A stretch of DNA of 64,000 nucleotides, taken from Bacteroidia bacterium (lineage in GTDB: Bacteria; Bacteroidota; Bacteroidia; SXHM01). The DNA is taken from the NCBI GenBank assembly GCA_022072225.1, contig JAJVIC010000003.1, forward strand, positions 28,688 through 92,687, given 5' to 3'. The notes beneath the pieces were generated by a model. That model searched no databases. It was not told where the DNA came from and worked only from the letters and a program-made list of their open reading frames with translations. The position numbers and the translations under genes are program-made. Numbering within the stretch: the first letter of the stretch is position 1; each line of letters starts with the position of its first letter. Positions 1-10,015 of the stretch are shown piece by piece.

Positions 1-87
1 AGACTATTCCGTTATATGGACTTCCGCTGACAAGATTTTTATTACACATCAAAAGCATCTATTATTCACCAACTCAAATTAAACAAG

Positions 88-483
88 ATGGAAAACTTTA
101 ACATTAATGACATGAAGAATTTATTTGGCCCTACGCCAATCAACGAACTACCGGGTGTGGCAGGATATGCCAATTACAAATTGAACTGGAAGTTTGTTAT
201 TGGCGGCATTGCGTTTGGATCAGTTTTGACTTTGATAATTGTGGCGGCTGTCAATAAAAGGGGGAAGAAAATTACCTATGCAATGAATGGCACTTCTTCT
301 AAAAGTAAATCACTTCCGAAAACCGAAGATTCTAAAAGCGACCAATTCAATGATTACCCTTCTGATGATGAAAAGTGGGATGAAATACAAGGCCACTGCG
401 ATATATACGATTCGGAAATTGAAGAAGCTAACGAATTTGATACACAGCCGCAATCATTTTATGACACTTCAAAGGATATTTAA
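88..483 (+). CDS. hypothetical protein, single TM segment and acidic tail
   Basis: 131-aa ORF with ATG start, hydrophobic stretch FVIGGIAFGSVLTLIIVAAV, Asp/Glu-rich C-terminus. Confidence 0.55.
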   Translation: MENFNINDMKNLFGPTPINELPGVAGYANYKLNWKFVIGGIAFGSVLTLIIVAAVNKRGKKITYAMNGTSSKSKSLPKTEDSKSDQFNDYPSDDEKWDEIQGHCDIYDSEIEEANEFDTQPQSFYDTSKDI

Positions 484-1025
484 ACCTATGCGACCATCTC
501 GGTTGCAAAACCTCTACATATTCTTTCATTTATTAATAATCCTTTCCCCTATTCCCCTTGCTTTCAAAATGCTTGGTCTATCGCCAAGGCATTTTAAAAC
601 ATCATCGCGCAGGGGTTCCTGACCGCTGAAAATATAGGTTTCTATCAGGGCTTTTAACTGCTCTTTGTCCAACTTGTTATCCTTCATAGAGTTTCCTAAT
701 GCCAATACTTGCTGCTCCTGCCAGTATTCATAAAACTCATCCGGAATGCAATCCGAATCCGGTATATTGGGTAAATTTTCTTTTATAAACTTCTCAATCA
801 GTAAACACTTCCTTCTTAGTTCAACTTCTCCGGTTAAATAATAGCCTATTCTGTTTTTCGGGTTCACTCCTTTTAGAATTTTTAAGTCGGGCCAAAAGTT
901 TCAGAATGTAGGCTACATTTATCTGGTCGCGGTAGATAAGCTCCACCTCAAAATCTACATCGTCCAGAAGAGCTATTTTTTGTTTTAGGTGATTATTCTT
1001 TACACCATAGTATAAATCTTTTCTC
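484..1025 (-). pseudogene. hsdR: type I restriction endonuclease subunit R, C-terminal remnant (frameshifted)
   Basis: Minus strand reads LLDDVDFEVELIYRDQINVAYILKLL, then in another frame LIEKFIKENLP...QEPLRDDVL...RPSILKARGIGERII, then after a further shift MKEYVEV; resembles the EcoR124-type HsdR C-terminus; no N-terminal part. Confidence 0.75.
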
Positions 1026-1080
1026 AGACTGTAAATTTAAGGGTTGGGGGTTCGGCTTAATTTGGTTTGTGATTAAATAA

Positions 1081-1150
1081 AACGCGCGTTTAGTTGCGTA
1101 AATGTGCGTTTACGCGCGTTTATCTATGTTTACGCACGTATACGTATATA
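1081..1150. repeat. seven degenerate 10-bp tandem units (consensus about TACGCGCGTT)
   Basis: aacgcgcgtt/tagttgcgta/aatgtgcgtt/tacgcgcgtt/tatctatgtt/tacgcacgta/tacgtatata. Confidence 0.6.
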
Positions 1151-1745
1151 CAATGAAAAATGCGAATTCCTATATGATATTAATTATTACGATTGCCATA
1201 ATATCCTTTCCCTTTCATTAAAAAGGAGGGCATACTTTAAAAACGTAAATCAGGGTTTAATCAATAAATATATTTACTATAACCTTTAAAACAAATATAG
1301 ATTGCTTGAAAGTATTCATAGCCTTGGTTTCTAAAGGTGTAAAGGATTTTAGCGTGATCTACGAAGGCTTAGACACTAGAAAAACATAGCATTCTATATC
1401 ATTTAGGCTGGTCTTTTTATTTCATTTTCGTATTTCATAAAAATTTTATAATTGTCTTTCAAATCCACTTAGTTGTTCTTGCAGTAAAAAATATCACTAT
1501 AATTAAAACCACACGTTCTTTTTGTTTTCATCTTTATTATCGTAGCAATCAACTCATTTTCCTAGCAATTCGCAGGATTTAACACAAGCAATTGGTCTGG
1601 CATAATTGGGGTTTTCTATAACCCTGCCATTGCAGATAACCGACATAAACTTGATATAAATGTAGGAGGGCGGATTATAGCGAAATCACAAATTGAAACA
1701 AAGACAAACAAATTTTTTGGGTTAATGTGGGCGATTCAAAGTCTC

Positions 1746-1769
1746 AAACCATGAGCGCAATCATAGTTT
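1746..1769 (+). promoter_or_regulatory. Crp/Fnr-type palindromic operator (ATGA-N6-TCAT)
   Basis: AAACC-ATGA-GCGCAA-TCAT-AGTTT; TTTG at 1791-1794; gene start 1812. Confidence 0.75.
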
Positions 1770-1811
1770 ATTGATTAAGCGCGCTGTTCTTTTGTTATAA
1801 GATACGGCATC

Positions 1812-2624
1812 ATGAAAAAACTATTATTTGTCACTATTTTATTTATTGCAGTTTCTGTTTTTGAGGCTAGGAGGAGTATTAGCTATACATCAGGCGCGCC
1901 CGATGGTTTTACTGGTTCGCCTTTCGATGACCAAACCTGCGCTACTTATTGTCATCACGGAATTCCTGAAACACCGCTTCTCGGTGTAATGAGTTCAAAC
2001 ATCCCGCTTTCGGGCTATATTCCGGGAACAACTTATACCATTTCAGCAAATCTTGTAAAACCCGGGCATACAAAATTTGGGTTCCAAATTTCACCAATGG
2101 ATGACCATGGAAATGTTTTGGGTTCGATGATAGAGTTGACAGGCGAAACACAAATTACCGGCATGGGTACCTATATTACGCACACACAATCAGGAACCAC
2201 AGGCATCGGTTCTAAATCGTGGAGTTTTGATTGGGTAGCTCCAGAAGGAGGAACAGGTGATGTTACTTTTTACGGAGCATTTAATGTATCCAACAACAAT
2301 GGTTCAAACAATGGCGATTCAATTTTTACTTCCACATACACAATTCCGGAAGATATTACAGTAGGGATAGAATTGGTTGACAGAAGTAATGAAATAATTG
2401 TTTATCCCAACCCGATGAAAGATTTTTTTACTGTTAGTTTTTCCGAAACGGAAAGCAAAATTTCAGCAAGCATTTTTAGTGTTAACGGAAGTGTTGTTTA
2501 TAACTTACAAACCGCTGAAGGCACAAAAACTTATCAATTACCTGAAACAATTTCTCCCGGAATTTATTACCTGCGTTTTTCTGCAGGTAGTAAAATTTAT
2601 TCTAAAAAAATCATGGTGCTTTAA
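1812..2624 (+). CDS. Reeler-like (choice-of-anchor V type) domain protein with T9SS type A CTD
   Basis: Signal peptide, GSP...TCATYCH, KFGFQ, WSFDWVAP...VTFY motifs, C-terminal VYPNP...GIYYL...KKIMVL. Confidence 0.85.
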   Translation: MKKLLFVTILFIAVSVFEARRSISYTSGAPDGFTGSPFDDQTCATYCHHGIPETPLLGVMSSNIPLSGYIPGTTYTISANLVKPGHTKFGFQISPMDDHGNVLGSMIELTGETQITGMGTYITHTQSGTTGIGSKSWSFDWVAPEGGTGDVTFYGAFNVSNNNGSNNGDSIFTSTYTIPEDITVGIELVDRSNEIIVYPNPMKDFFTVSFSETESKISASIFSVNGSVVYNLQTAEGTKTYQLPETISPGIYYLRFSAGSKIYSKKIMVL

Positions 2625-2655
2625 TCATTTAACTATCCAATACCCAAGAAAAAAT

Positions 2656-4725
2656 ATGAAAAAAATAATTTTACTTTTTTCAGCCTTTCTCTTTCAATAT
2701 GCAGCAATGGCGCAATGCACAACAACCAACGCAACAAGTTGCCAGTGCGAAAATTCTCAGCATACCGATTGCGACTTGCTTCCTGATATAACTATTTCAT
2801 GGCAGGCTCTGGAATCATATTCCAGCGGACCAACCGAATATTCGCAAATCGGAAATGGGGTGAACAACGGCAGATTAAAAGTTTCAGGAGCTACACCGAA
2901 TATTGGTCACGGACCCTTGAATGTTTTTGGACAATGGGATTCAGCAGGAACAACATGGTCGTATTTTCTTTGCGGAGTCGATACTTTTCTTGCACCTGTT
3001 TCGGGTTTTACTTGCCCTAACGGAAATCCAATACCATGGCAGCTTCCAATGCAACGAATCTATCACAAAAACGGAAACATCATGAGTTCGTGGAATCGCT
3101 TTATGGGTCCTGTAACTTATCATGGTGGAGGCTCTCTTTATAATGATGAATGGGGGATTTTTACGCTTCGTATCGAAAACCAAAACATTGCTGACCCGCG
3201 TGAATGGAGTATTGTTGGCTGGGGACATAAACTCGGTTTTTGTTTAATGGATTATAATGAATGCAGTGATTACCCCGGGCATTGTCGAGATGACAATACG
3301 GTTTACAATCAAGGAAACACAATGGTAAATAATGATTTTCCAAACTGGGGACTTGGCGGAGGAAACTATGGCTGCTCGCCTTATGGACAAGGAATTTCAA
3401 GCGGGTATGAAGATATTTACAGCGAAAGCCTTGACGGAATGTGGATAAATATTCCGCCCGGCACCTGCAATGGCGATTACTGGCTTGTATATGAGGTTGA
3501 CCCACACGATTATTTTTTGGAAGAAGATGAAACCAATAATTTCACAGCAATTCCATTTACGCTTACTCAGCAATCGCCATCAGGAAATCCGTTTATTAGC
3601 ATTATACCGGACCGAAGCGATTACATATGCAGCGGAAGCAATGGTCTGGTGAAATTGACAGCTACAGCAGGATTATCTTACCTGTGGTCAACCAACGAAA
3701 CCACGCAAAGTATTTTTGCAGGAGCAGGAACTTATTCGGTATCAGTTACCAATTATTGCGGAACAGGTTCTGCATCTTATACTGTTGTTGGAAGCAGCAC
3801 TCCGGCTTCGCCTTCAGGCACTGATGACACAGTTTGCAGTGGAACTACAGCCCTGCTTTCTGCAACAGGAAATAATATTACCTGGTTTGACGGAGATGGA
3901 GCAACAGTGGGAACGGGAAATAATTTCATCACACCAATTCTTACTTCAACAACGGCATACTATGTGCAAGACCAAACTGTTTCCCCGGGAAATACTGGTT
4001 ATGTCGGGAAGATTGATAACAGTGGCGGAGGAGCTAATAACAACAGCAGTAGTTACCTGATGTTTGATGTTTTTCGACCGCTAACCATTAAATCTGTTAA
4101 AGTTTTTGCAAGCGGAGCAGGAAACCGCACCATCACTATTTGGGACGAAATAGGAATAATTCAGCAAGGAGGGATTTTTAGTATTCCTGACGGGGAATCA
4201 CGCGTAGAACTGAATTTCGCGTTGCAACCCGGAAAAAATTATTCCATCAGAACAAGTGCAAACCCAAATCTTTATCGGAATAATGCAGGGGTTACTTATC
4301 CTTACTCAATGCCGGATACGCTTTCCATTACAGGAACTAATCAGGGAGCGCAGTATTATTATTTCTTTTACGATTGGGAAGTGGAAGTTGGCGGTGCAAC
4401 CTGCACAAGTCCGCAAACAGCAGTAACGGCATTTGTTGAAGAGTGCACCGGCATTGATGATAACTGGGATTTAAGCAAGAATATTTCCGTTTATCCAAAT
4501 CCATCAAACGGAAAATTTACACTGGATATTATTATGCCGGGAACAGGCGATGCAGCAGTGCAGGTGCGTGATTTAACAGGCAGGGAAATTTATGTAAAAC
4601 TTCTTGAAAATATTTCTGGCACTCACAGTTCAATAATTGATTTAGGAAATTTTTCGCGGGGAATATATATGCTTGATGTAAAAATCGGCAGAAAAAATTA
4701 TATCAGGAAACTGGTGGTGCAGTAG
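2656..4725 (+). CDS. T9SS-secreted lysyl oxidase-like domain protein with Ig-like domains
   Basis: Start MKKIILL at 2656; DLLPD, TPNIGHGPL, HKLGFCLMD, QGISSGYEDIY...WINIP, EVDP...EEDETNN are LOX-family motifs; T9SS CTD. Confidence 0.85.
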   Translation: MKKIILLFSAFLFQYAAMAQCTTTNATSCQCENSQHTDCDLLPDITISWQALESYSSGPTEYSQIGNGVNNGRLKVSGATPNIGHGPLNVFGQWDSAGTTWSYFLCGVDTFLAPVSGFTCPNGNPIPWQLPMQRIYHKNGNIMSSWNRFMGPVTYHGGGSLYNDEWGIFTLRIENQNIADPREWSIVGWGHKLGFCLMDYNECSDYPGHCRDDNTVYNQGNTMVNNDFPNWGLGGGNYGCSPYGQGISSGYEDIYSESLDGMWINIPPGTCNGDYWLVYEVDPHDYFLEEDETNNFTAIPFTLTQQSPSGNPFISIIPDRSDYICSGSNGLVKLTATAGLSYLWSTNETTQSIFAGAGTYSVSVTNYCGTGSASYTVVGSSTPASPSGTDDTVCSGTTALLSATGNNITWFDGDGATVGTGNNFITPILTSTTAYYVQDQTVSPGNTGYVGKIDNSGGGANNNSSSYLMFDVFRPLTIKSVKVFASGAGNRTITIWDEIGIIQQGGIFSIPDGESRVELNFALQPGKNYSIRTSANPNLYRNNAGVTYPYSMPDTLSITGTNQGAQYYYFFYDWEVEVGGATCTSPQTAVTAFVEECTGIDDNWDLSKNISVYPNPSNGKFTLDIIMPGTGDAAVQVRDLTGREIYVKLLENISGTHSSIIDLGNFSRGIYMLDVKIGRKNYIRKLVVQ

Positions 4726-4777
4726 CAGTTCAGCATACTGCTCTACAGTCTTTGTTTTTTTATAATATACGGCAGGG

Positions 4778-6817
4778 ATGAATGCAAAAGCAAATTTAGA
4801 GAGGAAGCAGAAGTATAGCCATTGGAGAGCAGCAGCATTAATTGGTGTGTATCTTTTAATGGGCATTCATATTGTCCACTGGAAAATTTACGGCAACACG
4901 CTTGCCCCGCTTGAACTGAATGAGGTGCTTTATACGCTTCATCTTGGCATCATCACCGCTGGTTTTATTTTCATGGGAGTTACCTTAATCGGAACTATCA
5001 TTTTCGGCAGGTTTTTCTGTTCATGGGCTTGTCATATTCTTGCTTTGCAAGATCTTTCGGAATGGCTGCTCACAAAATTTCACATAAAACCCAAACCAAT
5101 ACAATCGCGCGCTTTCATTATTGTTCCTGTTGTTGCCATGCTCTATCTTTTTGTGTGGCCACAGTTTTCGCGAATTATATCTGGCAAAGAAATGACAAAA
5201 TTGCATCTGCAGACCGATTCGCAGGGATGGGCATCATTTATTACTAACGATTTCTGGAGAAATTTACCCAATATTCCGGTAACGTTGCTTACGTTTTTTG
5301 TATGCGGGTTTGCAATTATTTATTTTCTGGGAACACGAAGTTTTTGTCAGAAAGTTTGTCCTTACGGTGTAATTTTTTCTTTTGCCGATAAACTTGCTCC
5401 CGGAAAAATAAAACTTTCTGGAGACTGCAATCAGTGCGGGCTTTGCACTGCACATTGCAGATCTCATATTATCGTTCACAAAGAAATTGAACAGTTTGGC
5501 AAGGTTGTAAATTCCAATTGCCTGAAAGATTTGGATTGCGTTGCCGTTTGCCCGAATGATGCCATAAAATTTGGGTTCACAAAACCATCTTTTTTTCAGT
5601 CATTTGAAAAACTAAACAATCATAAAACACATTACGCATTTTCGGTTGCCGAAGATATTTTACTCGGAATTTTAACACTGGTTTTAGTAATTATTTTTCG
5701 TGGATTATATGATGCAGTTCCCTTTCTGCTTGCTATTACCATAGCAGTTTTGCTGGCATGGTTCAGCGTTTTGTTTCTCCGGATTTTCACAAAAGAATAT
5801 GTTCATATTGGTAAAATTATTCTGAAGCAGGGTGAAAAAACCTACACTTCGGGAAAGTATTTTATTGCGTTGATGTTAGTTGCATTTATTTTCTCTGCGC
5901 ACAGTGCATATGTGCATTATCACAATTACCGCGGTGATTTATTATACAACAGTTTTATCAAAAATAATCAGCAAGCCACTGCTACTGAACAAAACAGCAC
6001 TGTTTTGAAAACTGCAAAAGAACATCTTGAAATGGCTTCAAACTGGGGAATTTTCACTCCTCTGAGTTTGAGTCGTGAACTTGCTGCCATTTATTTAACT
6101 GAAAAAGATTACCGAAGCGCAGAAACATATTTGAATAAAATGCTGGCTGCAAAAGCAGATGATAACGAAGCCCGTTTGCGTCTTGCAAAGCTTTATTTCG
6201 TTTCAAAACGGGAGAATGAAGCCATAGCTGAATTACAGAAAATTACAACAGATAAGAACAAACAAAAAGATTTTCAGGAACTGAAAACGCTGAGTGAAGC
6301 ACATCTTACACTTGGTCATATTGAAGAGAAAAACGGTTTTGCTTCTTCTGCTTTAAATCATTATCGCGAAAGTTTAAAAGCAAGTCCTGAAAACATGGAA
6401 GCTATGCTGGCTTTGGGGGTAATGCTGATAAAAGGTGGACAATTTTCAGAGGCGGAAAAATATTTGAAGCAATGTAGTGAAGCAATGCCTTCATCAGCAC
6501 TTGTTCATAATAACCTGAGTGCAGTTTATATACGCATTAATAGGCACGATGAAGCGATTTATCACCTTAATAAACTTGTGCATTTGCAGCCCGAAAATCC
6601 TACTGCACATTACAATCTTGGAATGCTTTTATTACGTGAAAGAAAAAACAAAGAAGCTGCTGAACTACTACAAAAAGCGATAGTCATAAAACCTGATTAT
6701 GCCAATGCACACATTGGTTTAGCAAAGGTGCTTGAAGACTCGGGCGAGAAAAGTAAAGCAGAAGTTCACAAACAAAAGGCTGTAGAATTAAAATTAACCG
6801 CACAACATAAAAATTAA
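4778..6817 (+). CDS. NapH/CcoG-like membrane polyferredoxin fused to TPR repeats
   Basis: GRFFCSWACH, FCQKVCPYG, CNQCGLCTAHC, CLKDLDCVAVCP; multiple TMs; C-terminal TPRs (AHYNLG, AHIGLA). Confidence 0.85.
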   Translation: MNAKANLERKQKYSHWRAAALIGVYLLMGIHIVHWKIYGNTLAPLELNEVLYTLHLGIITAGFIFMGVTLIGTIIFGRFFCSWACHILALQDLSEWLLTKFHIKPKPIQSRAFIIVPVVAMLYLFVWPQFSRIISGKEMTKLHLQTDSQGWASFITNDFWRNLPNIPVTLLTFFVCGFAIIYFLGTRSFCQKVCPYGVIFSFADKLAPGKIKLSGDCNQCGLCTAHCRSHIIVHKEIEQFGKVVNSNCLKDLDCVAVCPNDAIKFGFTKPSFFQSFEKLNNHKTHYAFSVAEDILLGILTLVLVIIFRGLYDAVPFLLAITIAVLLAWFSVLFLRIFTKEYVHIGKIILKQGEKTYTSGKYFIALMLVAFIFSAHSAYVHYHNYRGDLLYNSFIKNNQQATATEQNSTVLKTAKEHLEMASNWGIFTPLSLSRELAAIYLTEKDYRSAETYLNKMLAAKADDNEARLRLAKLYFVSKRENEAIAELQKITTDKNKQKDFQELKTLSEAHLTLGHIEEKNGFASSALNHYRESLKASPENMEAMLALGVMLIKGGQFSEAEKYLKQCSEAMPSSALVHNNLSAVYIRINRHDEAIYHLNKLVHLQPENPTAHYNLGMLLLRERKNKEAAELLQKAIVIKPDYANAHIGLAKVLEDSGEKSKAEVHKQKAVELKLTAQHKN

Positions 6818-6821
6818 ACAC

Positions 6822-7235
6822 ATGCGCACACTGATTATAATTATTGTAATGCTTACAGCTTGGATAATTTTCAACGCAAACACACAAGTAAATAATGATG
6901 GTTGGGTTGCTCCAGCTTCTTACGACACGCTAAAAAATCCTTTTGCAAATAATGAAAAAGCAATTGCAGAAGGCAAGAAAATTTATGAAAGCACCTGTTG
7001 GTCCTGCCATGGTATTACTGGCAAAGGCGATGGACCTGCAGCAGCAGCAACAAATCCTAAGCCTGCCGACCATACTTCGGATAAACTGTTGAGCGAAACT
7101 GATGGCGCCTTGTTGTGGAAAATAACAAAAGGCAAAGGACAAATGCCGGCATACGAACAACTATTTTCTAAACAACAGCGTTGGAAATTAGTTTGCTACA
7201 TAAGAGAATTAGGAAAAAATCAAACTGTAAAATGA
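6822..7235 (+). CDS. monoheme cytochrome c
   Basis: Signal peptide, CWSCH, GKGQMP distal Met. Confidence 0.9.
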   Translation: MRTLIIIIVMLTAWIIFNANTQVNNDGWVAPASYDTLKNPFANNEKAIAEGKKIYESTCWSCHGITGKGDGPAAAATNPKPADHTSDKLLSETDGALLWKITKGKGQMPAYEQLFSKQQRWKLVCYIRELGKNQTVK

Positions 7236-8128
7236 AATACGTTCTTGCGATTTTAATTCTTCTCGCAGCATCAGTAATTCCTTCCTATTCGCAGGAAGAA
7301 GAGATAACGTATGTAACTATTTTTCGCAGTATTCAACTCATTAATATGCAAACTGCTGAAGTTATTCCGCAGAAGGGATTTGATTTCAGTATTCGCCACC
7401 GGTTTGGAATGATAGGTGCTGACAGTTCGGTCTATCAGCAGTTTCTCGGACTTGATTTGCCTGCAAACATTCGCTTTGGGTTTGCTTTTCCAATACTTAA
7501 AAATTTATATGTTGGAGCCGGCAGAACAAAAACCGGCAAAACAATTGACCTGGAAGCAAAATATCTTTTTCTACGGCAAACCGAAGACAATAAAATGCCG
7601 TTTTCAATTGCTGCGTATTTCAACACCGGAATAATGACTGATAAATTTCCCAAAGTGCCTGACTATGCTTATTTCTCTGATAACACAACTCCATTTGAAT
7701 ATAAATTCAGCCACCGTTTGGGTTATAACATTCAACTTATTTTTGCGCGAAAATTTTCTGAACGCATTTCATTTCAAATTGCTCCTGTTCTCATTTATAA
7801 AAATCTGGTTGCAGCGGGTGCAGAAAACCACACGTTTTCAATTCCTGTTGGCGGAGCAATAAAAACAAGTTTGAAATCATCAGTGATTTTTGAATATGCA
7901 TATCGTTTTAACAACCGTCCTGAACATAATGATTACCCGCTTTCCATTGCATGGGAATCGGGAACAGTTGGGCACACTTTTCAGATTGTTATATCTTCGT
8001 CAAACGAACTGCTTGAGCAGGAAACCTACACTAAAAAATCATTCAATTATCTGAAAGGAAATTTTGCGCTTGGTTTTAATATGCGAAGAGTGTTCTGGTA
8101 TAAAAAGAAAAAGTTGCCGCCACAATGA
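7232..8128 (+). CDS. DUF5777-like outer-membrane beta-barrel
   Basis: Start MKYVLAIL at 7232; QLINMQT, FSIRHRFG, TVGHTFQIVIS, GFNMRR. Confidence 0.8.
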   Translation: MKYVLAILILLAASVIPSYSQEEEITYVTIFRSIQLINMQTAEVIPQKGFDFSIRHRFGMIGADSSVYQQFLGLDLPANIRFGFAFPILKNLYVGAGRTKTGKTIDLEAKYLFLRQTEDNKMPFSIAAYFNTGIMTDKFPKVPDYAYFSDNTTPFEYKFSHRLGYNIQLIFARKFSERISFQIAPVLIYKNLVAAGAENHTFSIPVGGAIKTSLKSSVIFEYAYRFNNRPEHNDYPLSIAWESGTVGHTFQIVISSSNELLEQETYTKKSFNYLKGNFALGFNMRRVFWYKKKKLPPQ

Positions 8129-8514
8129 AAAGAATTTTAGTAAGTATTTTTTTAATTACACTCATTTTTTCTGCATGCCGCAAAGACAGCGGACCTTACA
8201 TCAATACACCCGATGAACCTGAGCCGGTGAGTTTTGCAAATGATATTCAGCCAATTTTCGATTCCTATTGTATTTCATGTCACGATGAAAACCATTCTTA
8301 TCTGAATTTAAAATCATGCTGTTCGTGGTATGAACTTTCGGCAACAGGATACAACGCGCCCTACCTCGATACAATAAATCCTGAACAAAGCACGTTATTT
8401 AAGAGAATAACAGGTGTTGTTGCACCGGTAATGCCTTCAACCGGAAGTCCGCTTGCACAAACAGATATTGACATCATTAAAAAATGGATTGAAGAAGGAG
8501 CAAAAAATAATTGA
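8125..8514 (+). CDS. lipoprotein monoheme cytochrome c
   Basis: Lipobox FSAC, VSFANDIQPIF-CISCH, MP...IKKWIEEGAKNN. Confidence 0.85.
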   Translation: MKRILVSIFLITLIFSACRKDSGPYINTPDEPEPVSFANDIQPIFDSYCISCHDENHSYLNLKSCCSWYELSATGYNAPYLDTINPEQSTLFKRITGVVAPVMPSTGSPLAQTDIDIIKKWIEEGAKNN

Positions 8515-8526
8515 CAGTATTCAGAT

Positions 8527-9045
8527 ATGAATAAAAAACGTGTTTTATTCTTTATTTCTGTATTGGTTTCAGTAAGCAATTTAACTTATTCGCAGGATAA
8601 GTTTGGTGTTGGTGTTTCGGCTATTTATAATTTTCAAACCGAAGCTGTAGGCGTTGGAGCAAGATCTGAAATTGGTTTATTCAATCGTTTTTCGGTTGTT
8701 CCGCAGGTAATGTATTTCATGCCTTTCAACAAAGTTCACGAATTGTTTGGAACGGTAAATTTTCATTATCGTCTTTTTTATCTCGGCAAATTTTATCCTT
8801 ATCTGATTGCCGGTGGCAGTGCCAATTACTGGATGAATTATGCTGAATCGCACTGGAGCAGAGCAAAACCGTTTAATGTAATTGCTGAAGTTGGTGCAGG
8901 TGCAGCCTATGGAGACGGAAAGTTTCGTCCGTTTGCTGAATACCATTATAATCCTGTTTGGCTGGAAGGCAGCATTCACATTGGACTAATGTATTACCCC
9001 GACTGGATGCATGGCAGCAGAAGTTCGTGCCCCGCTTATCAATAA
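8527..9045 (+). CDS. small outer-membrane beta-barrel protein
   Basis: Signal peptide, alternating aromatic/Gly beta strands (PYLIAGG, PFAEYHY). Confidence 0.7.
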   Translation: MNKKRVLFFISVLVSVSNLTYSQDKFGVGVSAIYNFQTEAVGVGARSEIGLFNRFSVVPQVMYFMPFNKVHELFGTVNFHYRLFYLGKFYPYLIAGGSANYWMNYAESHWSRAKPFNVIAEVGAGAAYGDGKFRPFAEYHYNPVWLEGSIHIGLMYYPDWMHGSRSSCPAYQ

Positions 9046-9082
9046 AATCAACTGAAATTATTAACCTCAAAAATTTAATAAT

Positions 9083-10000
9083 ATGAAAAACAAAATTAAT
9101 CTTCTGCTATTGGTGTTTTCAGTTGCGTTTATGTTTTTTTCGTCCTGTTCAAAACAGCGGATTGAAATGAACGAATACGAATCGCCCAACGATTTTATGT
9201 ATAACAATCGCCCCGAAGAGCAAATCTTTATTCTAAATGGCGACAGCGGTGGTCCGATTATAGGCAATCAGAACACGCATTTATGGATGGACAGTTCTAT
9301 TTTTATGTATTCCAACGGAAATGATGTCAGCTATCCTATCATCATCAAACTGATTGAAGTTTATAAGCCCAAAGACATGGAATTGTATGCCATGCCAACA
9401 GTTGCTCAGGGAAATTTATTAGTTACCGCAGGCGAAATAAGAGTTCGCGCGTTTAAAGATAATGACGAGTTGGTGCTGAAACATGGGAAAGTATATGCGG
9501 CAAAAACTCCGGCAGTAAACCTTGTTCCGCAAATGTCAATTTTCTATGGGAAAGAAATGGGCGATATTATTGACTGGATGGACAATGCCTCGGATGTTAG
9601 CAGTAGTCCGGGAGTTGATGCGCTTGAATTTATTCAACCCGATTCTGCCGAGTATTACAGCCTGCTTGTTCCTGTTATGGGCTGGATTAATTGCGATTAT
9701 TTTTATGATAGTCCAAACCCGTTAACAACCATCACTTTTGAATCAGATGATGACGACCTTACCAATGTGATGAAATTTCTATACTTCCCCGATATAAAAT
9801 CAGTGATGCAGATTTATGAAAACAGCGGAGTTAATGTTCCAATCGGTTCAACGGTAAAAGTGCTTTGCTTCGCGCAAAATTCTTCAGGAAGCATGTTTCA
9901 TTACTATGAGCAGATAACAGTTGCAGCTAATCAAACAGTGAATGTTACTATGTCGGAAATTTCGGAAACAGATTTGTTAACACTGATGGATGGACTGTAA
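9083..10000 (+). CDS. hypothetical lipoprotein
   Basis: Lipobox SSC; LVTAGEIRVRA, MGWINCDYF. Confidence 0.75.
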   Translation: MKNKINLLLLVFSVAFMFFSSCSKQRIEMNEYESPNDFMYNNRPEEQIFILNGDSGGPIIGNQNTHLWMDSSIFMYSNGNDVSYPIIIKLIEVYKPKDMELYAMPTVAQGNLLVTAGEIRVRAFKDNDELVLKHGKVYAAKTPAVNLVPQMSIFYGKEMGDIIDWMDNASDVSSSPGVDALEFIQPDSAEYYSLLVPVMGWINCDYFYDSPNPLTTITFESDDDDLTNVMKFLYFPDIKSVMQIYENSGVNVPIGSTVKVLCFAQNSSGSMFHYYEQITVAANQTVNVTMSEISETDLLTLMDGL

Positions 10001-10015
10001 GAAAGTATAGCGTTG

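Noticed and set aside
1104-1289. 61-aa ORF
   Set aside because: Arises from the 10-bp repeat tract and AT-rich DNA; no protein-like features
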